Made by a program: the position numbers and the translations under genes. The notes under the pieces were generated by a model. That model searched no databases, had not been told where the DNA came from, and worked only from the letters and a program-made list of their open reading frames with translations. From a virus (Duplodnaviria > Heunggongvirae > Uroviricota > Caudoviricetes), in the IMG/VR virus record IMGVR_UViG_2531839180_000004, positions 1 through 35,494 of that record: DNA of 35,494 nucleotides, one strand, 5' to 3'. Numbering within the stretch: position 1 is the stretch's first letter; every line of letters begins with the position of its first letter. Below are positions 27,101 through 35,494 of the stretch, piece after piece.

Positions 27101-29850
27101 CTGGTCAGGCCACCCCGCAGCAGGTCTGCTTTGCGGCGGGCGCGTTCAGTGGTTTCACTGATTCTCTGTGCGTGCTCTGCGTCGCGGATGGCGCGCAGCA
27201 TGTCAGAAAGCACGGTAACGGGGGTTTTCATGGTGTTCTGGTCCTGCTGAAGTGTGGATGCCAGGCGTGCGGCGGCTTCAGGGTCTGATGCCCCCAGCTG
27301 TGCCAGATAGCTGGCGACCGGGTTATGGCGGATCTCCGTGCTGCTTACGCCGTGATTACGGCTCAGGCGCTGCCAGAGCTGCGTGATTCGGCTGTCCGGG
27401 CGGGTATCCGGTTTGCGTACAATTTCAAATCCCTGCGGTGCAATGATGCTGCCGTCAACGTACAGACTGCCGCCCCGTAACAGGTGCTGCATCTGTTGTT
27501 CACCGATATGCAGGCCGAGAGATTCAGCAGACTCCCGCCATTCTTTAGCGAGTAATTCGTGGTTATCAGGCAAAGGCCGCTGCTGTTTGCGGCTCTGTGT
27601 CCAGCTCTGCATTTCATCACGGCTGTTTTTTGCCTGTTTGTCACGAAGCGAACGTATCAGCGCCCGGCGTTCGTGCCGTTTCAGTGAGCGCATCCATTCG
27701 TTCACTTCAACGCCGTCAGGGAGCTGCGGCCACGGTGCTGGCCGTTCTTCCGGCTGTTCTGTCCCGTTGTTGTCCGTTTCCTGTACACGGGGACAGTTAT
27801 TGCCACGAGTCCAAGGGGCGGCAGGGCCGCCCTGAAGGTCAAAACCATTTTCGCGGGCGCTGTCTTCCGCTTCCGGTTTGCGTCTTACCAGCTTCCAGTT
27901 ATCCGGATGCGTGCACACACGGGAGGATTCCCCGATGAGTGGTGACCAGATCCCGTAAATCTGTACGCTCTGTTCGCCGTAATCGTTCAGCTCATCGGCG
28001 AGGTCGTAGGCGGTGCGAATCAGGTAGTCTTTGCGTGGAACAAGTACGCCGCCCTGTTTCTCTATGTAGGTGGCAAAACATCCGGCATCAGCGGCAGCGA
28101 GTACCGCATCCATTGCGTCATCCTTCAGCCGTTGCGGGCCTTCCGGGTTGCGTGCCATCTGGCTGGCAAGGCGGCGGAGTTCACGCCACACCTGACGGGA
28201 AGGGATGCCAAAGAACTGGAACTGGCGGACCCGGTGAAGGCGCGCCCAGCCGATGGCGCGCTCCACGCTCTCGGCCATTGATTTCCCGGTTTCGTGGTCA
28301 ACGCGTGGTTTGCCCGTTTTCGGGTCGATGCCATCCACGGCGCGGCTGTCCAGGTTTTTTCCGATGTAGGTGGCGATGTAGCTGGTTGGCGTACCTTTTG
28401 AGCCGTCTACGTACTCCGCCTTAAAACGCGGAGTTATGTCATTGCCCAGCTCGTGGCGGTCTTCCTGAATGGCAATATCGCAGACGTGGGACACAATGGT
28501 GTCGATTTCTTCCGGATGTGCAAAGACCATCATGTGCCAGTGCACGGTGCCGTCATGATGAGGCTCCACGGTGCGGATGCCATACCAGCGCAGGCCGTCG
28601 CGGTTCAGTTTTTTGCGGACCGCCGCAAAAAACGTGTTAACTAGGTAATCGCTGGAATCGCGCATGGTGGCCCCGTTCCATTTGGGGTTCGGATGACCGT
28701 TCTCCGTTGTTGCGTGGTATTTTGACGGGCAGGTGACAGTCAGAAACACCGCTCTGTCGCCACGGGCTTCGGCCAGAAGTTCCAGCCCTTTCATGGTGGC
28801 CATCATTTCTGCCTTACGGTGAACCGGGTTACTTACTCCCGCGTAATACACTGTCTCGAGATCAATCGTGAACCCGTCTTCGTTTTCCAGCATGAAACTT
28901 TTCAGGAAATCGCGTGTTTTCTCGCACTGTGCGCGAAACTCGCTTAACGCGTCCTGGCTCAGATAGGGCGATGTTTTTCTGGAAACCAGACAGGCGGCGC
29001 GGAGTTGTTCTTCCCGCCACTCGCAACGTAAAAGCCACAGTTTGCGTTTCCACCAGTCCGCACAGGTCAGGCGAAGAATTGCGCCCGGCAGCAGCTCCGT
29101 GTCTGGTTCGTTCCTCCGGTCTTTGTCTGTTGTCAGTGCGTCATAATGTGGAGGCATGGCGTGCAGGTGTAACGCCATGCGGGCCAGCATCTGATACGCC
29201 TTCAGCGTTACATCCATGGTCAGCTCGCCATCGGTCGCGCCAAAGCCATCGCAGAGTTTTTCGAAGGTGCTGCTGAACATCGCCGCCGTCATGGTGGCCA
29301 GCGTCTGTATCTGGTGTTTGTTGAGCTGCGGCAGGTAAAGCAAATCGTCCAGGCGTTCGCGTCCGGCAAGGGAGCGATAGCCCGGTGTCAGCCAGCGTCC
29401 GTCAGTGCGATCCAGACGTTCGAATATTTTGCGCAGGGTTCCGCGCGCGTAGCGTTCAGCCTGCCAGCTCTTTTTGCCTTTCCGGCGATCGGCTTCCTGT
29501 TTTTTGCGCAGGAAGGAGAGGTGGCGAATAAGCGGATCGCGCAGATAGAACGGCAGCAGGCGGAGCGAGGCCATGGCTTCATCCACCGCGCCGCGTGCCT
29601 GTTTTCTGGCGTCTCCTGCCAGTGTGATGGTTTTGTCCTGTTTTTCCTGTGCGTCCAGGCTTTTATTAATCAGGTTGCCCAGCGGCGTTGCGGAGAACGC
29701 CGCATCAGCCATTTCCTGGCGGCGCTCGTTCTCTACCCGGTAGGCATCCAGCCAGGAGGAAAGCGCGGATTCAGGAGCGGGGATCCCCGCTCCTTCACGC
29801 CCCACTGCGTGGCGCGGTTGTTGCCAGTCCCTGATGTACTCCGTTGACAT
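27028..29850 (-). CDS. A: replication initiation protein A (rolling-circle HUH endonuclease)
   Basis: 940 aa with HUH motif VHWHMMVF and Tyr motif SYIATYIGK; P2 A-like, in the A position. Confidence 0.9.
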   Translation of the reverse strand: MSTEYIRDWQQPRHAVGREGAGIPAPESALSSWLDAYRVENERRQEMADAAFSATPLGNLINKSLDAQEKQDKTITLAGDARKQARGAVDEAMASLRLLPFYLRDPLIRHLSFLRKKQEADRRKGKKSWQAERYARGTLRKIFERLDRTDGRWLTPGYRSLAGRERLDDLLYLPQLNKHQIQTLATMTAAMFSSTFEKLCDGFGATDGELTMDVTLKAYQMLARMALHLHAMPPHYDALTTDKDRRNEPDTELLPGAILRLTCADWWKRKLWLLRCEWREEQLRAACLVSRKTSPYLSQDALSEFRAQCEKTRDFLKSFMLENEDGFTIDLETVYYAGVSNPVHRKAEMMATMKGLELLAEARGDRAVFLTVTCPSKYHATTENGHPNPKWNGATMRDSSDYLVNTFFAAVRKKLNRDGLRWYGIRTVEPHHDGTVHWHMMVFAHPEEIDTIVSHVCDIAIQEDRHELGNDITPRFKAEYVDGSKGTPTSYIATYIGKNLDSRAVDGIDPKTGKPRVDHETGKSMAESVERAIGWARLHRVRQFQFFGIPSRQVWRELRRLASQMARNPEGPQRLKDDAMDAVLAAADAGCFATYIEKQGGVLVPRKDYLIRTAYDLADELNDYGEQSVQIYGIWSPLIGESSRVCTHPDNWKLVRRKPEAEDSARENGFDLQGGPAAPWTRGNNCPRVQETDNNGTEQPEERPAPWPQLPDGVEVNEWMRSLKRHERRALIRSLRDKQAKNSRDEMQSWTQSRKQQRPLPDNHELLAKEWRESAESLGLHIGEQQMQHLLRGGSLYVDGSIIAPQGFEIVRKPDTRPDSRITQLWQRLSRNHGVSSTEIRHNPVASYLAQLGASDPEAAARLASTLQQDQNTMKTPVTVLSDMLRAIRDAEHAQRISETTERARRKADLLRGGLTSGNKKQTETGLTNPVNEQKTRRDI

Positions 29851-29856
29851 GTTGAC

Positions 29857-30222
29857 TTACTCCGCTTTGCCGCTCAGTGCGTCGTGGCAGACGGCAGCCA
29901 GCCGCTGAATTTCCAGTACGGTGTATTCTGTGTTGGCATGGCGGTGTGTGATGCGAACGCTGTCAGCTATCACATCTGCAATTACAGATGACAGTCGCTG
30001 GTAAATGCCAATAACGTACGGATTACCACCTTCAACACGGTAAAGCCTGTAATTGCCCTGGTGGCTGTCAATCATGTAACGACCATCAATAACAATCTTT
30101 CCGTCAGCAAGCTGTGGTGCAGGCAGGGATTTCAGATACATGTCGTAACGCTCACGCACGCGAACGGCAAGATCACGCTCTGTGTTGAGCAGGTATTCAA
30201 GAAAGTCGTTGGCGAGAATCAT
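29857..30222 (-). CDS. hypothetical early protein upstream of A
   Basis: 121 aa from the internal Met with an AAGAGGA Shine-Dalgarno; its stop abuts the A start. Confidence 0.5.
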   Translation of the reverse strand: MILANDFLEYLLNTERDLAVRVRERYDMYLKSLPAPQLADGKIVIDGRYMIDSHQGNYRLYRVEGGNPYVIGIYQRLSSVIADVIADSVRITHRHANTEYTVLEIQRLAAVCHDALSGKAE

Positions 30223-30294
30223 TGCGGCAATCCTCTTGTTACAGATGTGCGAAGGCCTCCCGCCGCAAGGTGCAGGAAAGGCCAAGAACAGGAA

Positions 30295-30525
30295 TTAATG
30301 GAGTTTGTTTTGCTGCTGGATGAGCTGCTGAAGCTCGCGCAGATCATCCGCCAGATAGCTAAAAACAGAGGCGGAATAAGTGTTTGATAGCGCATGACTG
30401 CGCTCATGCAGCATATTGATGTGCATGATTTGCGCGACGCGTGATGCGCGGAAAAGTCTGCGGTTGATTTCAGTCTGGATGTGACGACGCGCAGCGTATG
30501 CGCGCTGTTGTTTGCGGTTTGCCAT
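30295..30525 (-). CDS. hypothetical small basic protein (76 aa)
   Basis: Intact ORF co-oriented with A; function not recognised. Confidence 0.45.
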   Translation of the reverse strand: MANRKQQRAYAARRHIQTEINRRLFRASRVAQIMHINMLHERSHALSNTYSASVFSYLADDLRELQQLIQQQNKLH

Positions 30526-30700
30526 GGGGTGGCCTCTTTGGTTGTAAGTTTTGAAAACTCACCATCCAGAGCTGCGAAACTGTGGGTGGCGAGACGTACG
30601 AGGTTCGCAGTACCGGCAACCAAAGAACCCGGCCCGACCGAAGTCGGCCCCGTACGCCCCACCATAATTCGTGTGCGAAAAAGACGTGGCAATACAGTAC

Positions 30701-30725
30701 GCACAAAAAAACCGCTGGCGCGGTT
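30701..30725 (-). terminator. intrinsic terminator on the - strand between the SPFH operon and the A operon
   Basis: AACCGC-TGGC-GCGGTT stem-loop with an A7 run on the + strand, giving a U-tract immediately after the stem on the - strand RNA. Confidence 0.5.
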
Positions 30726-30862
30726 GTGCGCTTTGGTTGTCAGCAGGCTGCGAAACCCGGCACCCGTTTTATGAGGTGCAGCGGAAATGTAACCTGACTG
30801 ATTGCGGCATGGCAAGCGGTTTTTTTGTGAGAACGGCATACTAAAAAATCCTGATACTGCTC

Positions 30863-30887
30863 CGGCCAGCGATTTTCACTGGCCGGG
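30863..30887 (-). terminator. terminator-like hairpin immediately downstream of the SPFH gene
   Basis: CCGGCCAG-loop-CTGGCCGG 8-bp stem; the U-tract lies about 13 nt away, so it is not canonical. Confidence 0.3.
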
Positions 30888-30892
30888 TTTAA

Positions 30893-31723
30893 TTACTTCA
30901 CCGGAACAAACGGAACAGCGGTATTACTGGTCATGTATTGCGGCAGCGTGCCGTTCCATTTGTTGATAGCTTCCAGCTCCATAACGCCGGGATTCTGGCG
31001 CAGAGCTTCACCACGCAAACGAATGGCATCGGCTTCAGCCTGGGCTTTTGTACGAATGGCATCAGCCTGTCCGGCAGCTTCTGCGCGCAGCATGTTGGCT
31101 TCTGCTTCGCGTTGCTTGACTTCCTGCTCGCGTTGCAGAGTTTTCTGGTTTGCCGTGACTTTGGCATTAATGCTGTCGATAACGGTTGGCGGGTATTCCG
31201 GCTTACCCACATAAGAGAGGCTCATGACCTGAATGCCGATGGGGGTCATCTCTTCCTGAATATCTTTAAGTGCTGAATCCAGTAGTTCAGACTTACCACC
31301 GTCGATAAACTTATCGGTGGTCATTTTGCTGGCCAGTCGGTTGAGTGCATCGGCGATCTTCTGGCGCAGGTCAGTGTCGGTAATGTCATCCACGCCTTTG
31401 CGGTAGGTTTGAAACACTGTAGTAACTTTGGATGAATCAACCTTGTAGGCCACACCGATGTGATAGCCGATGGTTGTGCCGTCACTCATCTGGAAGCTGA
31501 ACGGCTCATCGTAAGTCTTCATTTGTTTGAAGGTCGGGAAGATGTAAACCTCTGTATTCCAGCCTGTCCAGTAGCGGCCAACGCCAACCACTTCACCGAC
31601 GCCTTTGTCGTCGCCCAGTTTGTTGACTTTGATGCCCACATTACCTGGCTCAACGCGATCGCAGCCAACCAGCAGGATGGCTGCAAAAATCGGGAGAATC
31701 TGAAAGAGTTTGAATTTCTTCAT
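30893..31723 (-). CDS. SPFH/band-7 (stomatin/HflC-like) lipoprotein
   Basis: Signal peptide with lipobox LLVGC, followed by a band-7-like core and a Gln/Ala/Glu-rich coiled-coil tail. Confidence 0.8.
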   Translation of the reverse strand: MKKFKLFQILPIFAAILLVGCDRVEPGNVGIKVNKLGDDKGVGEVVGVGRYWTGWNTEVYIFPTFKQMKTYDEPFSFQMSDGTTIGYHIGVAYKVDSSKVTTVFQTYRKGVDDITDTDLRQKIADALNRLASKMTTDKFIDGGKSELLDSALKDIQEEMTPIGIQVMSLSYVGKPEYPPTVIDSINAKVTANQKTLQREQEVKQREAEANMLRAEAAGQADAIRTKAQAEADAIRLRGEALRQNPGVMELEAINKWNGTLPQYMTSNTAVPFVPVK

Positions 31724-31923
31724 TGTTTGATTTCCTTGATGTACTTACTGAAAAGGCGAACAACGCCTGCCGGGTACAGCATGGCAATGAAAATGCCCAG
31801 CAATACCAGGAAGGAGCTGTCTGATGAGATCATTCGGGGGAGTAGTCCTGCATACAGAATGAGAGATATGAGGACGCATACCAGCGCCCACATGTATGCG
31901 CGAAACCAGGTCTTTTTGTTCAT
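31720..31923 (-). CDS. small two-helix membrane protein (NfeD-like partner of the SPFH protein)
   Basis: 67 aa with two hydrophobic segments; its stop overlaps the SPFH start. Confidence 0.6.
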   Translation of the reverse strand: MNKKTWFRAYMWALVCVLISLILYAGLLPRMISSDSSFLVLLGIFIAMLYPAGVVRLFSKYIKEIKQ

Positions 31924-31934
31924 ATCGCGGTCCT

Positions 31935-32234
31935 TTACTGGTTAAGGAAAAAATCAAAAACCTTGTCGATGCGTTGCAGTAGCTCTCGTTGCATTGCTTC
32001 CGGCGTTTCTGGTTCACCAGGCGAACCCAGTGGTGCGCAGAAATCAGCGATTTCATGATGGAGCGTCAGGCGAATGGCTGGAGCCATGGTTCTGGTGTGC
32101 TCCAGCTCATCCAGCAGTGCCAGCACGGCAGATGGCGAGAGCATTGCGCGAAACGCCAGTAATTTTTGATGCGTTGCCATTCGTTGCAGGTCAGTCGCCA
32201 GTTCGCGTAGTTCCTGGTAGTTGATGGTGCTCAT
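31935..32234 (-). CDS. hypothetical early protein (99 aa, acidic)
   Basis: Intact ORF in the early operon. Confidence 0.45.
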   Translation of the reverse strand: MSTINYQELRELATDLQRMATHQKLLAFRAMLSPSAVLALLDELEHTRTMAPAIRLTLHHEIADFCAPLGSPGEPETPEAMQRELLQRIDKVFDFFLNQ

Positions 32235-32476
32235 GCTCTGGCTTCCTTCAGTAGCTGGTTAAACATGTTGGTAAGTGGATTGCCGCACCCGAACGGCATC
32301 GGGTTTATCTGGTAAGAAAAGCGACCGCCTGTTTTGCGCTCTTTTCTTATGACCGAACCGCTACGCCAGAGACGGCGTAACTCCGTGTTAATGGTTGTGG
32401 TTGGGGTATTCAGTGCTGCGGCGATTTCTCCACCGCTACACCCCGGATTGGCGGCGATATAATCAAGAATGGTCAT
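32231..32476 (-). CDS. small winged-helix-like DNA-binding protein
   Basis: 81 aa; GGEIAAALNTPTTTINTELRRLWRSGSV resembles a wHTH recognition region. Confidence 0.45.
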   Translation of the reverse strand: MTILDYIAANPGCSGGEIAAALNTPTTTINTELRRLWRSGSVIRKERKTGGRFSYQINPMPFGCGNPLTNMFNQLLKEARA

Positions 32477-32727
32477 CTGCGTGACTCCTGTACCTGTCGG
32501 ATAAGGTTCACCTGCACCACATTCGTGGCGCAGAAGTAAGTGCCGTCAGTGAGATAGATGTGATGTGCATCCTTTTCTGAACGGTGTTTGTCGATTGTGG
32601 TAATCAGGCGTTCGTCAACTTCGTATTCACGTCCTCTGGAGGTGAAACGAACGACAGGAAAATGCTTAATTGCCATTACGCCTCCTTGGCGTGTGCGAAT
32701 ACCTCCGCGAATGCGGATTGTTTTCAC
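32473..32727 (-). CDS. hypothetical early protein
   Basis: ORF with overlapping stop/start to its neighbour; the true start may be the internal Met MAIKHF. Confidence 0.4.
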   Translation of the reverse strand: MKTIRIRGGIRTRQGGVMAIKHFPVVRFTSRGREYEVDERLITTIDKHRSEKDAHHIYLTDGTYFCATNVVQVNLIRQVQESRR

Positions 32728-32872
32728 ATATTCTTATTTAACCTGGAGTCTTATTTGCGCGGTTATTCTTCAGTGAAAAAGCGTTCAATCTTTTTTACTG
32801 AATTAATAATTCGCATAATTCCAATAGCGCAGGCCACCGAAATAATCAGAACAAGCCATGAGATAAATATAC

Positions 32873-33115
32873 TCATGCAATATTCCCCAGTTTATATGGC
32901 TCAATATGGTCCCCGTTTTCTGCGGCGCAGACGAGTATGGAAAGCTCGTCGAGCGCGTCCGGGTCGTCAATGTAAAAAGCTGTGTCGTATATACTCTTGA
33001 TGGCCCTGGTCAATGACTCTCGGGCTGCGAGCTCAGCATGAGTGCCTGATGCGCTTAAGCGAAAATGAAAGCGCTCAAGTGCTTTATTGACGAGAGTTTT
33101 ATATTCTTTATCCAT
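32873..33115 (-). CDS. hypothetical early protein (80 aa)
   Basis: Intact ORF in the early operon. Confidence 0.4.
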   Translation of the reverse strand: MDKEYKTLVNKALERFHFRLSASGTHAELAARESLTRAIKSIYDTAFYIDDPDALDELSILVCAAENGDHIEPYKLGNIA

Positions 33116-33126
33116 CGCAACGCCCT

Positions 33127-33405
33127 TTAATCTGCCTTCTGAATTTCAGCTTCTGAATCCATGCAGATAATTTCGAGATAGGGTTTATTGCCATTAACCT
33201 GACGTGCTTTTTCAGCTTCGCTAATAATTTCGCATACGTGTTGATATGGAATCTCTACGGTCAGGCGTGTGCCGTTCAGATAAATGTAAGTGGCCGTGCT
33301 CTTATCTACCGGAACCACTCCATCAATAGCTGATGCGCGCAACAACAGCTCACCGCGAAAATCAATAAAGCGGATAAATACACCCTGAGCATGGTCTTTG
33401 GTCAT
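33127..33405 (-). CDS. hypothetical early protein (92 aa from internal Met)
   Basis: Internal start chosen to avoid overlap with the upstream ORF. Confidence 0.4.
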   Translation of the reverse strand: MTKDHAQGVFIRFIDFRGELLLRASAIDGVVPVDKSTATYIYLNGTRLTVEIPYQHVCEIISEAEKARQVNGNKPYLEIICMDSEAEIQKAD

Positions 33406-33415
33406 AAAGCACCTG

Positions 33416-33754
33416 TTATAAATCAGCCTGTTTAATGAAATTCTGTCCGCGCAGCAGACGATCAACCGTGCGCAGAGCTTCGTACAACGTGAAATCCTGT
33501 CCAAACTGATTGTCGCCGTTGCTCAGAGCAAAAATGCGGTTTCCGGTAAATGGGTTGCGTTGGCATCTGTGAACCACGATTCCAGCTTTCTCAATCAGCC
33601 AGGCGTGCTCGCCGATTTGTTTTACTGGGTAGCCATCCGGCGTTGCGTGTGTATCACTCAGGCTGTAGCGGATGTTGCTGCGTGATGCACTGGTAGTGAA
33701 ACGGTTAGCGTGGCGTTCTGTTCCGGTACGAAAATTACGGTGTTGCTTCAGCAT
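33416..33754 (-). CDS. hypothetical early protein (112 aa), second gene of the early operon
   Basis: Starts 15 bp after cox. Confidence 0.45.
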   Translation of the reverse strand: MLKQHRNFRTGTERHANRFTTSASRSNIRYSLSDTHATPDGYPVKQIGEHAWLIEKAGIVVHRCQRNPFTGNRIFALSNGDNQFGQDFTLYEALRTVDRLLRGQNFIKQADL

Positions 33755-33768
33755 AAAATGACACCTCG

Positions 33769-34047
33769 TTATTTTGTCATCTGCACGTATTTTTCTGCGC
33801 TCCTGATTGTTTTCAGGAAAAGAGCGAAGAGATTTACTGTGCGTCTTGAGTTCTTTTCATCCTGGTTGATGGGAATTGAACCTCTGTCAGCCTGTCTTTT
33901 CACTGTGTTAACAGCTTGGTTGGTACGCTTTGCGTAATCTTTCAGGCTTTCTTCAAGTACTGGTAACCCATGCTCATCGCGGTAGGGATAGAACGCTGCT
34001 AAACGCTCAAAGTCTGCCTGTTCGTGTGTGTTCAGGACTTTTGCCAT
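33769..34047 (-). CDS. cox: Cox-like excisionase / early-operon regulator
   Basis: First gene divergent from C, 92 aa. The HTH region YAKRTNQAVNTVKRQADRGSIP resembles P2 Cox FAKLIGKSTGAVRRMIDKGKLP. Confidence 0.6.
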   Translation of the reverse strand: MAKVLNTHEQADFERLAAFYPYRDEHGLPVLEESLKDYAKRTNQAVNTVKRQADRGSIPINQDEKNSRRTVNLFALFLKTIRSAEKYVQMTK

Positions 34048-34085
34048 GTGTGATAACCTGCGCTATCTGTGGTTGTTTGTGACTT

Positions 34086-34138
34086 GGTGTACTTATAAGT
34101 ACACCTTGTGCGCAAGCTTAGTGTACTTATAGGAACAC
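34086..34138. promoter_or_regulatory. immunity-region operator repeats between cox and C (20-bp palindrome plus a direct repeat)
   Basis: GGTGTACTTATAAGTACACC is a perfect palindrome; GTGTACTTATAGGAACAC repeats its left arm about 33 bp downstream. Confidence 0.5.
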
Positions 34139-34146
34139 TGTCAATG

Positions 34147-34452
34147 CTTATCGGTGAAAAAATTAGAGTGATTCGTGAATCAGAGGATTTAACGCGCGAA
34201 GAATTTTGTGGCCTGATTGATGTGCCTATCGGCACTTTGCGTCGTTATGAAACGGGGCGGATTGAAAACATAGGGGGCGAAGTGCTTATCAAGATTGTTA
34301 ATCACCCTCGCTTTTTTAAGTACATGAATTGGCTTATGACGGGAAAAACAAATGAGGCTGCTGGGCAGATCAGTCCGTCTCTCTCCCCTGATGGGCCAAA
34401 AAGCACATCGCCTTCTCAAAAACCCCGCAAGACTGGCACACAGCCCGGCTAA
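34147..34452 (+). CDS. C: immunity repressor C (HTH)
   Basis: From the internal Met MLIGEKIRVIRESEDLTREEF...YETGRIEN...FFKYMNWLMTGK, closely similar to P2 C. Confidence 0.85.
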   Translation, partial: LIGEKIRVIRESEDLTREEFCGLIDVPIGTLRRYETGRIENIGGEVLIKIVNHPRFFKYMNWLMTGKTNEAAGQISPSLSPDGPKSTSPSQKPRKTGTQPG

Positions 34453-34501
34453 TCATGGAGCGCTGGGGGCATGGTGGTCTTGTAACGCTGGGGTTTCACG
34501 A

Positions 34502-35494
34502 ATGAGCATAAAATCAATTCCGGGAGGGTATCTTCTTGACATGCGCCCAGAGGGGCGTAAAGGCAAACGCATTCGAAAAAAATTTAAAACGAAATCAGAT
34601 GCAGTTTTATATGAGCGGTGGGTGCTGGCACAACTGCATAACAATGAGTGGAAAGGAAACTCCATTGATCGCCGTCCGCTGTCAGTGCTTATTGACTTGT
34701 GGTGGAAATACCACGGCCAGCTAATGAAGTCAGGGCATAACACGCGCCTTAAATTGCTGCGCTTGAGTGAGGCAATGGATGACCCGTGCGTGCATAAACT
34801 TAATACAACGATGCTCACCGAGCTACGTGTGTCCAGGATAGAGCAGGGGATACAGCCCAGCACCATAAATCGAGAGATTGGGGCGTTAAGCGCGATGTTT
34901 ACCGCACTCATCTCATCCGGCCATTTTCTTAACGATAACCCCATTCAAGGCCTGAAAGGAATGAAGGTTAACGAACGCGAAATGGGATATCTGAGTAAGT
35001 CTGAATGTGTTCAGTTGCTGGATGCACTGGCTGAAAATCCCGATGAGCGGCTGGCTGTTGAAATCCTTTTATCGACCGGGGCGCGATGGGGCGAGGTAGC
35101 GGCACTGGAGCAGCGCCGCGTTCTTCATTGTCGAATCACTTTTTCAAAAACGAAGAACAGCAAAAACCGTACCGTTCCTATTTCTGAAAGCCTGTTTGAA
35201 AAGATCAAAAAACGGGGCGGGAAACTGGTGTTTCCGACGCTGGATTATTCATTGGTTCGCGATGTCATCAAAACGGTCGCACCTGATGTTCCTGACGGCC
35301 AGGCTGTTCATGCGCTGCGCCACACCTTCGCCAGTCATTTCATGATGAACGGCGGCAATATTCTGACGCTCCAGAAAATTCTGGGGCACGCAAAGATTCA
35401 GACAACGATGATTTATGCCCATCTTGCGCCGGATTACTTGCAGGATGCGGTGAAATTTAATCCTCTTGGAGAAACCGTATATGAAGCCTCTTAA
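34502..35494 (+). CDS. int: tyrosine integrase (P2 Int family)
   Basis: From Met MSIKSIPGGYLLDMRPEGRKGKRIRKKF; catalytic region ARWGE...HALRHTFASHF...ILGHAKIQTTMIYAHL is P2 Int-like. The stop codon is the last triplet of the window. Confidence 0.9.
   Translation: MSIKSIPGGYLLDMRPEGRKGKRIRKKFKTKSDAVLYERWVLAQLHNNEWKGNSIDRRPLSVLIDLWWKYHGQLMKSGHNTRLKLLRLSEAMDDPCVHKLNTTMLTELRVSRIEQGIQPSTINREIGALSAMFTALISSGHFLNDNPIQGLKGMKVNEREMGYLSKSECVQLLDALAENPDERLAVEILLSTGARWGEVAALEQRRVLHCRITFSKTKNSKNRTVPISESLFEKIKKRGGKLVFPTLDYSLVRDVIKTVAPDVPDGQAVHALRHTFASHFMMNGGNILTLQKILGHAKIQTTMIYAHLAPDYLQDAVKFNPLGETVYEAS

Larger units (their letters stand above)
142..35494. mobile_element. P2-family prophage (complete late, lysis, replication and immunity modules; integrase end coincides with window end)
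   Basis: Recognisable P2 homologues of Ogr, D, FI, FII, E/E', T, U, H, I, J, W, V, S, R, X, L, M, N, O, P, Q, A, Cox, C and Int in prophage order. Left boundary is not defined; the att site was not located. Confidence 0.85.

Noticed and set aside
27383-28424. Arg/Cys-rich + strand ORFs (150, 113, 161 aa) antisense to replication gene A
   Set aside because: Overlap a well-supported HUH endonuclease gene; composition typical of antisense frames.
30219-30839. 206-aa - strand ORF spanning the noncoding gap
   Set aside because: Ser/Arg/Thr-rich low-complexity product that overlaps predicted terminators and the 29857-30525 genes; region treated as noncoding.
30526-30892. Possible tRNA in the structured noncoding gap
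   Set aside because: A GGTTCG-containing stretch lacks a complementary T-arm stem and no cloverleaf could be drawn.
1-35494. CRISPR arrays, rRNA genes or insertion-sequence transposases
   Set aside because: No regularly spaced short direct repeats with unique spacers, no rRNA-like stretches and no transposase-like ORF; the only recombinases are the P2-type integrase and the invertase fragment.

Overview
The window is an essentially complete P2-family temperate myovirus prophage of about 35 kb, identified by reading the six-frame translations against remembered P2 proteins; no database search was run. It runs from the ogr end (a Hok-like toxin gene sits at bases 1-141) to the integrase gene, whose stop codon is the last triplet of the window. 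Gene order on the + strand is: hok/mok-like, ogr(-), an AT-rich 478-aa cargo gene(+), D(-), FI-FII-E/E'-T-U(+), a DNA-invertase remnant(-), then H-I-J-W-V-S-R-lysC/lysB-endolysin-holin-X-L-M-N-O (all -), P-Q(+), a cos-like noncoding region, an AT-rich ATPase plus Toprim-like pair(+), a parMR-like module(-), replication gene A(-), an early region with an SPFH lipoprotein insertion(-), cox(-), C(+), int(+). The most interesting items are: (1) a two-gene ABC-type ATPase plus Toprim-like candidate defence module in the slot where P2 carries old/tin; (2) an orphan AT-rich 478-aa gene between ogr and D; (3) the FI-U tail block inverted relative to the P2 order, with an invertase remnant at one junction; (4) a tail fibre H carrying a long non-P2 C-terminal domain and no G chaperone gene; (5) a frameshifted major capsid gene and two in-frame stop codons in a plasmid-type parMR module; (6) an SPFH lipoprotein operon with its own terminator inside the early operon. 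No rRNA, tRNA or CRISPR array was seen. Coordinates follow the supplied ORF track; motif positions counted by hand may be off by 1-2 bp.
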